Assembly (NCBI GenBank): GCA_051294905.1
Contig: CM119375.1
Location: forward strand, 26,660,001 to 26,724,000
DNA length: 64,000 bases
Direction: 5' to 3'
From: Botryllus schlosseri
Lineage: Eukaryota
Both the position numbers and the translations under genes were made by a program. Below, in pieces: positions 63,782-64,000 of this stretch (positions are counted from its first letter, which is position 1; each line of letters opens with the position of its first letter). The notes under the pieces are model-generated. The model was given only the letters and a program-made list of their open reading frames with translations. It was not told the DNA's origin and searched no databases.

Positions 63782-64000
63782 GTCGTTCGAATGCAACCAT
63801 AGTTCAAAAGATTACAAAGTTACGCACGTTACTGGAAATGCCATGTCTGTGAAGTCGTGATTCACCCTTAGCATTGTCACAAAGTGCAAGGAAATAGGTA
63901 TGGTCTAAAAACTACTAAATTATCTTTAACTGGGTTTGTTTTCGTATAGAAGGTACATATTTGAACTATTCACATCATTCATACTAATGAGTTCTACTCG

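Larger units (their letters stand above)
7033..64000 (+). other. RAR: Inferred span of the RAR gene in this window (continues past the right edge)
   Basis: Chain of phase-compatible exons ending in the RAR zinc-finger-1 exon. I found no GFFRRS exon in 62022-64000. Confidence 0.65.

Overview
Eukaryotic, AT-rich, intron-dominated window holding the 5' part of a retinoic acid receptor (RAR/NR1B) gene on the + strand. It is probably from an invertebrate chordate such as an ascidian, which I infer from the protein sequence and did not verify. The only unambiguous conserved coding exon (61828-62021) encodes the proline-rich B region and first zinc finger ([35 protein letters not shown]) and ends at the phase-0 intron also found in vertebrate RARs. 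Reading splice sites by hand gives seven further open exons upstream. All end in phase 1, so all can splice in frame to that exon. They fall into three groups, each with its own ATG preceded by an in-frame stop: 7098-7323 + 9866-10024 + 12705-12800 + 19395-19496; 40456-41179 + 42814-42930; and 61367-61643. This suggests three alternative N-termini/promoters over about 55 kb. Two perfect DR5 retinoic-acid response elements (49302-49318, 56958-56974), identical at 17 of 21 positions, lie upstream of the most proximal first exon, suggesting RA autoregulation like vertebrate RARa2/b2. The introns carry many non-autonomous DNA transposons (several hAT-type MITEs with TIRs and 8-bp TSDs, three dispersed repeat families, nested and composite insertions) and two fossil hAT transposase fragments, one inside a CpG-depleted block at about 1.7-5.7 kb. 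The rest of the RAR gene lies beyond the window. I found no rRNA, tRNA or CRISPR features. Most ORFs in the supplied track look spurious.
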